Shown here: in pieces, positions 63,411-64,000 of the stretch
How positions within the stretch are numbered: the first letter of the stretch is position 1
How the letters are laid out: every line of letters starts with the position of its first letter
Assembly (NCBI GenBank): GCA_046704165.1
Contig: JBJKSI010000125.1
Location: 5,672-69,671 of the forward strand
DNA from: Candidatus Acidiferrales bacterium
GTDB taxonomy: Bacteria; Acidobacteriota; Terriglobia; Acidiferrales; UBA7541
Direction: 5' to 3'
Length of the DNA: 64,000 nt
Translations under genes and position numbers: made by a program
Notes under the pieces: generated by a model
Databases searched by the model: none
What the model saw: only the letters and a program-made list of their open reading frames with translations
What the model was told of the DNA's origin: nothing

Positions 63411-64000
63411 ATGCCCACACTCCTCGAATACCGGAACCGGCTCCGCTCGGTGCGCCAGACGCAGCAGATCACCCGGGCGATGAAGTTCGTCGCCGCTGCC
63501 CAGTTGAAGCGTGCCCAGTCCCGGGTGTTTGCCGCGCGGCCCTACGCTCAGGAAATCGTAAAGGTGCTGCACTCGGCCGCCGGCCGTGTCGAAACGTTGC
63601 TGCATCCGCTGCTGGAGCAGCGATCCGAGGAGCGGTTGCTGGTGCTCGTGCTCACCGCCGACAAGGGCCTCTGCGGCGCCTTCAACAGCAATGTGCTGCG
63701 TCGCGCCAACGCCTTCTTCCGCGAGCACAGCGACCGCGAGCTGCAAGTGATTGCGATCGGCCGTCGGGGCCGCGACTCCTTGCGCAAGCAGCGCGTCAAT
63801 CTGGTCGGCGAATACGCCGACATCTTCCGCCATCTCGAGTTCAGCCACGCGCAGCAGATCGCCCACCAAGCGGCCGAACTTTACACCGAGCCCAAGGTCG
63901 ACGCCGTCTACGCCGTCTACAACGAATTCAAGAACGTGTTGACCCAGAAACTCGTGGTCGAAAGGGTGCTGCCCCTGGCTCCGGAAGTCGTCAAGCCCGA
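63411..64000 (+). CDS. atpG: F-type ATP synthase subunit gamma (5' part; runs off the window)
   Basis: My own translation from ATG 63411: MPTLLEYRNRLRSVRQTQQITRAMKFVAAAQLKRAQSRVFAARPYAQEI...LLVLVLTADKGLCGAFNSNVLR, the canonical gamma N-terminus. It is absent from the ORF track because there is no stop in the window. Confidence 0.9.
   Translation, partial: MPTLLEYRNRLRSVRQTQQITRAMKFVAAAQLKRAQSRVFAARPYAQEIVKVLHSAAGRVETLLHPLLEQRSEERLLVLVLTADKGLCGAFNSNVLRRANAFFREHSDRELQVIAIGRRGRDSLRKQRVNLVGEYADIFRHLEFSHAQQIAHQAAELYTEPKVDAVYAVYNEFKNVLTQKLVVERVLPLAPEVVKP

Overview
This is a GC-rich bacterial chromosomal window. It is most likely from Acidobacteriota. That is an inference from three things: a PadR gene overlapping an ADOP-type ('acidobacterial duplicated orphan permease') MacB/FtsX permease, a CarboxypepD_reg-type TonB-dependent receptor, and orphan solute-binding proteins. 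I can support about 55 protein genes, one tRNA(CAT), several hairpin terminators and a few sigma70-like promoters. I saw no rRNA, CRISPR array, transposase, integrase or phage gene.

Gene content from left to right:
- TonB-dependent receptor, eno, glgC, rpsU, a zinc-ribbon protein and a DinB-like protein
- a BlaI/BlaR1 pair, a relic YVTN fragment and a pseudo-receiver
- a co-directional string: CBS pair (Hrp1-like), eRF1/Pelota-like protein, giant PAS-GAF-PP2C-RsbW sensor, STAS, GlgP
- tRNA(CAT)
- a Crp/Fnr regulator and a five-gene operon of extracytoplasmic beta-propeller and haem-c proteins ending in a RidA-like gene
- DAHP synthase, two orphan solute-binding proteins, and a GMC oxidoreductase with its small Tat subunit
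- PadR-ADOP
- a proline/hydroxyproline catabolic island (SDR, DHDPS-like, GntR, ProDH, APC permease, proline-racemase-family enzyme)
- a galE copy with an in-frame TAG exactly at the catalytic-lysine codon
- assorted housekeeping and envelope genes
- the b'-b-delta-alpha-gamma part of an F1Fo ATP synthase operon, which runs off the window

Translational coupling by 4-nt ATGA/GTGA overlaps is frequent: blaI/blaR1, STAS/glgP, CRTAC1/YVTN-CCP, propeller/RidA, PadR/ADOP, b'/b and b/delta.

Best candidates for something new:
1. the CBS / eRF1-like / sensor / STAS / GlgP string, a partner-switching module with no sigma factor that is translationally coupled to glycogen phosphorylase and sits next to a GGQ-less release-factor homologue
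2. the Crp/Fnr-associated propeller and haem operon

All protein calls rest on motif and architecture recognition by eye. No database search was run, and start codons are often uncertain.
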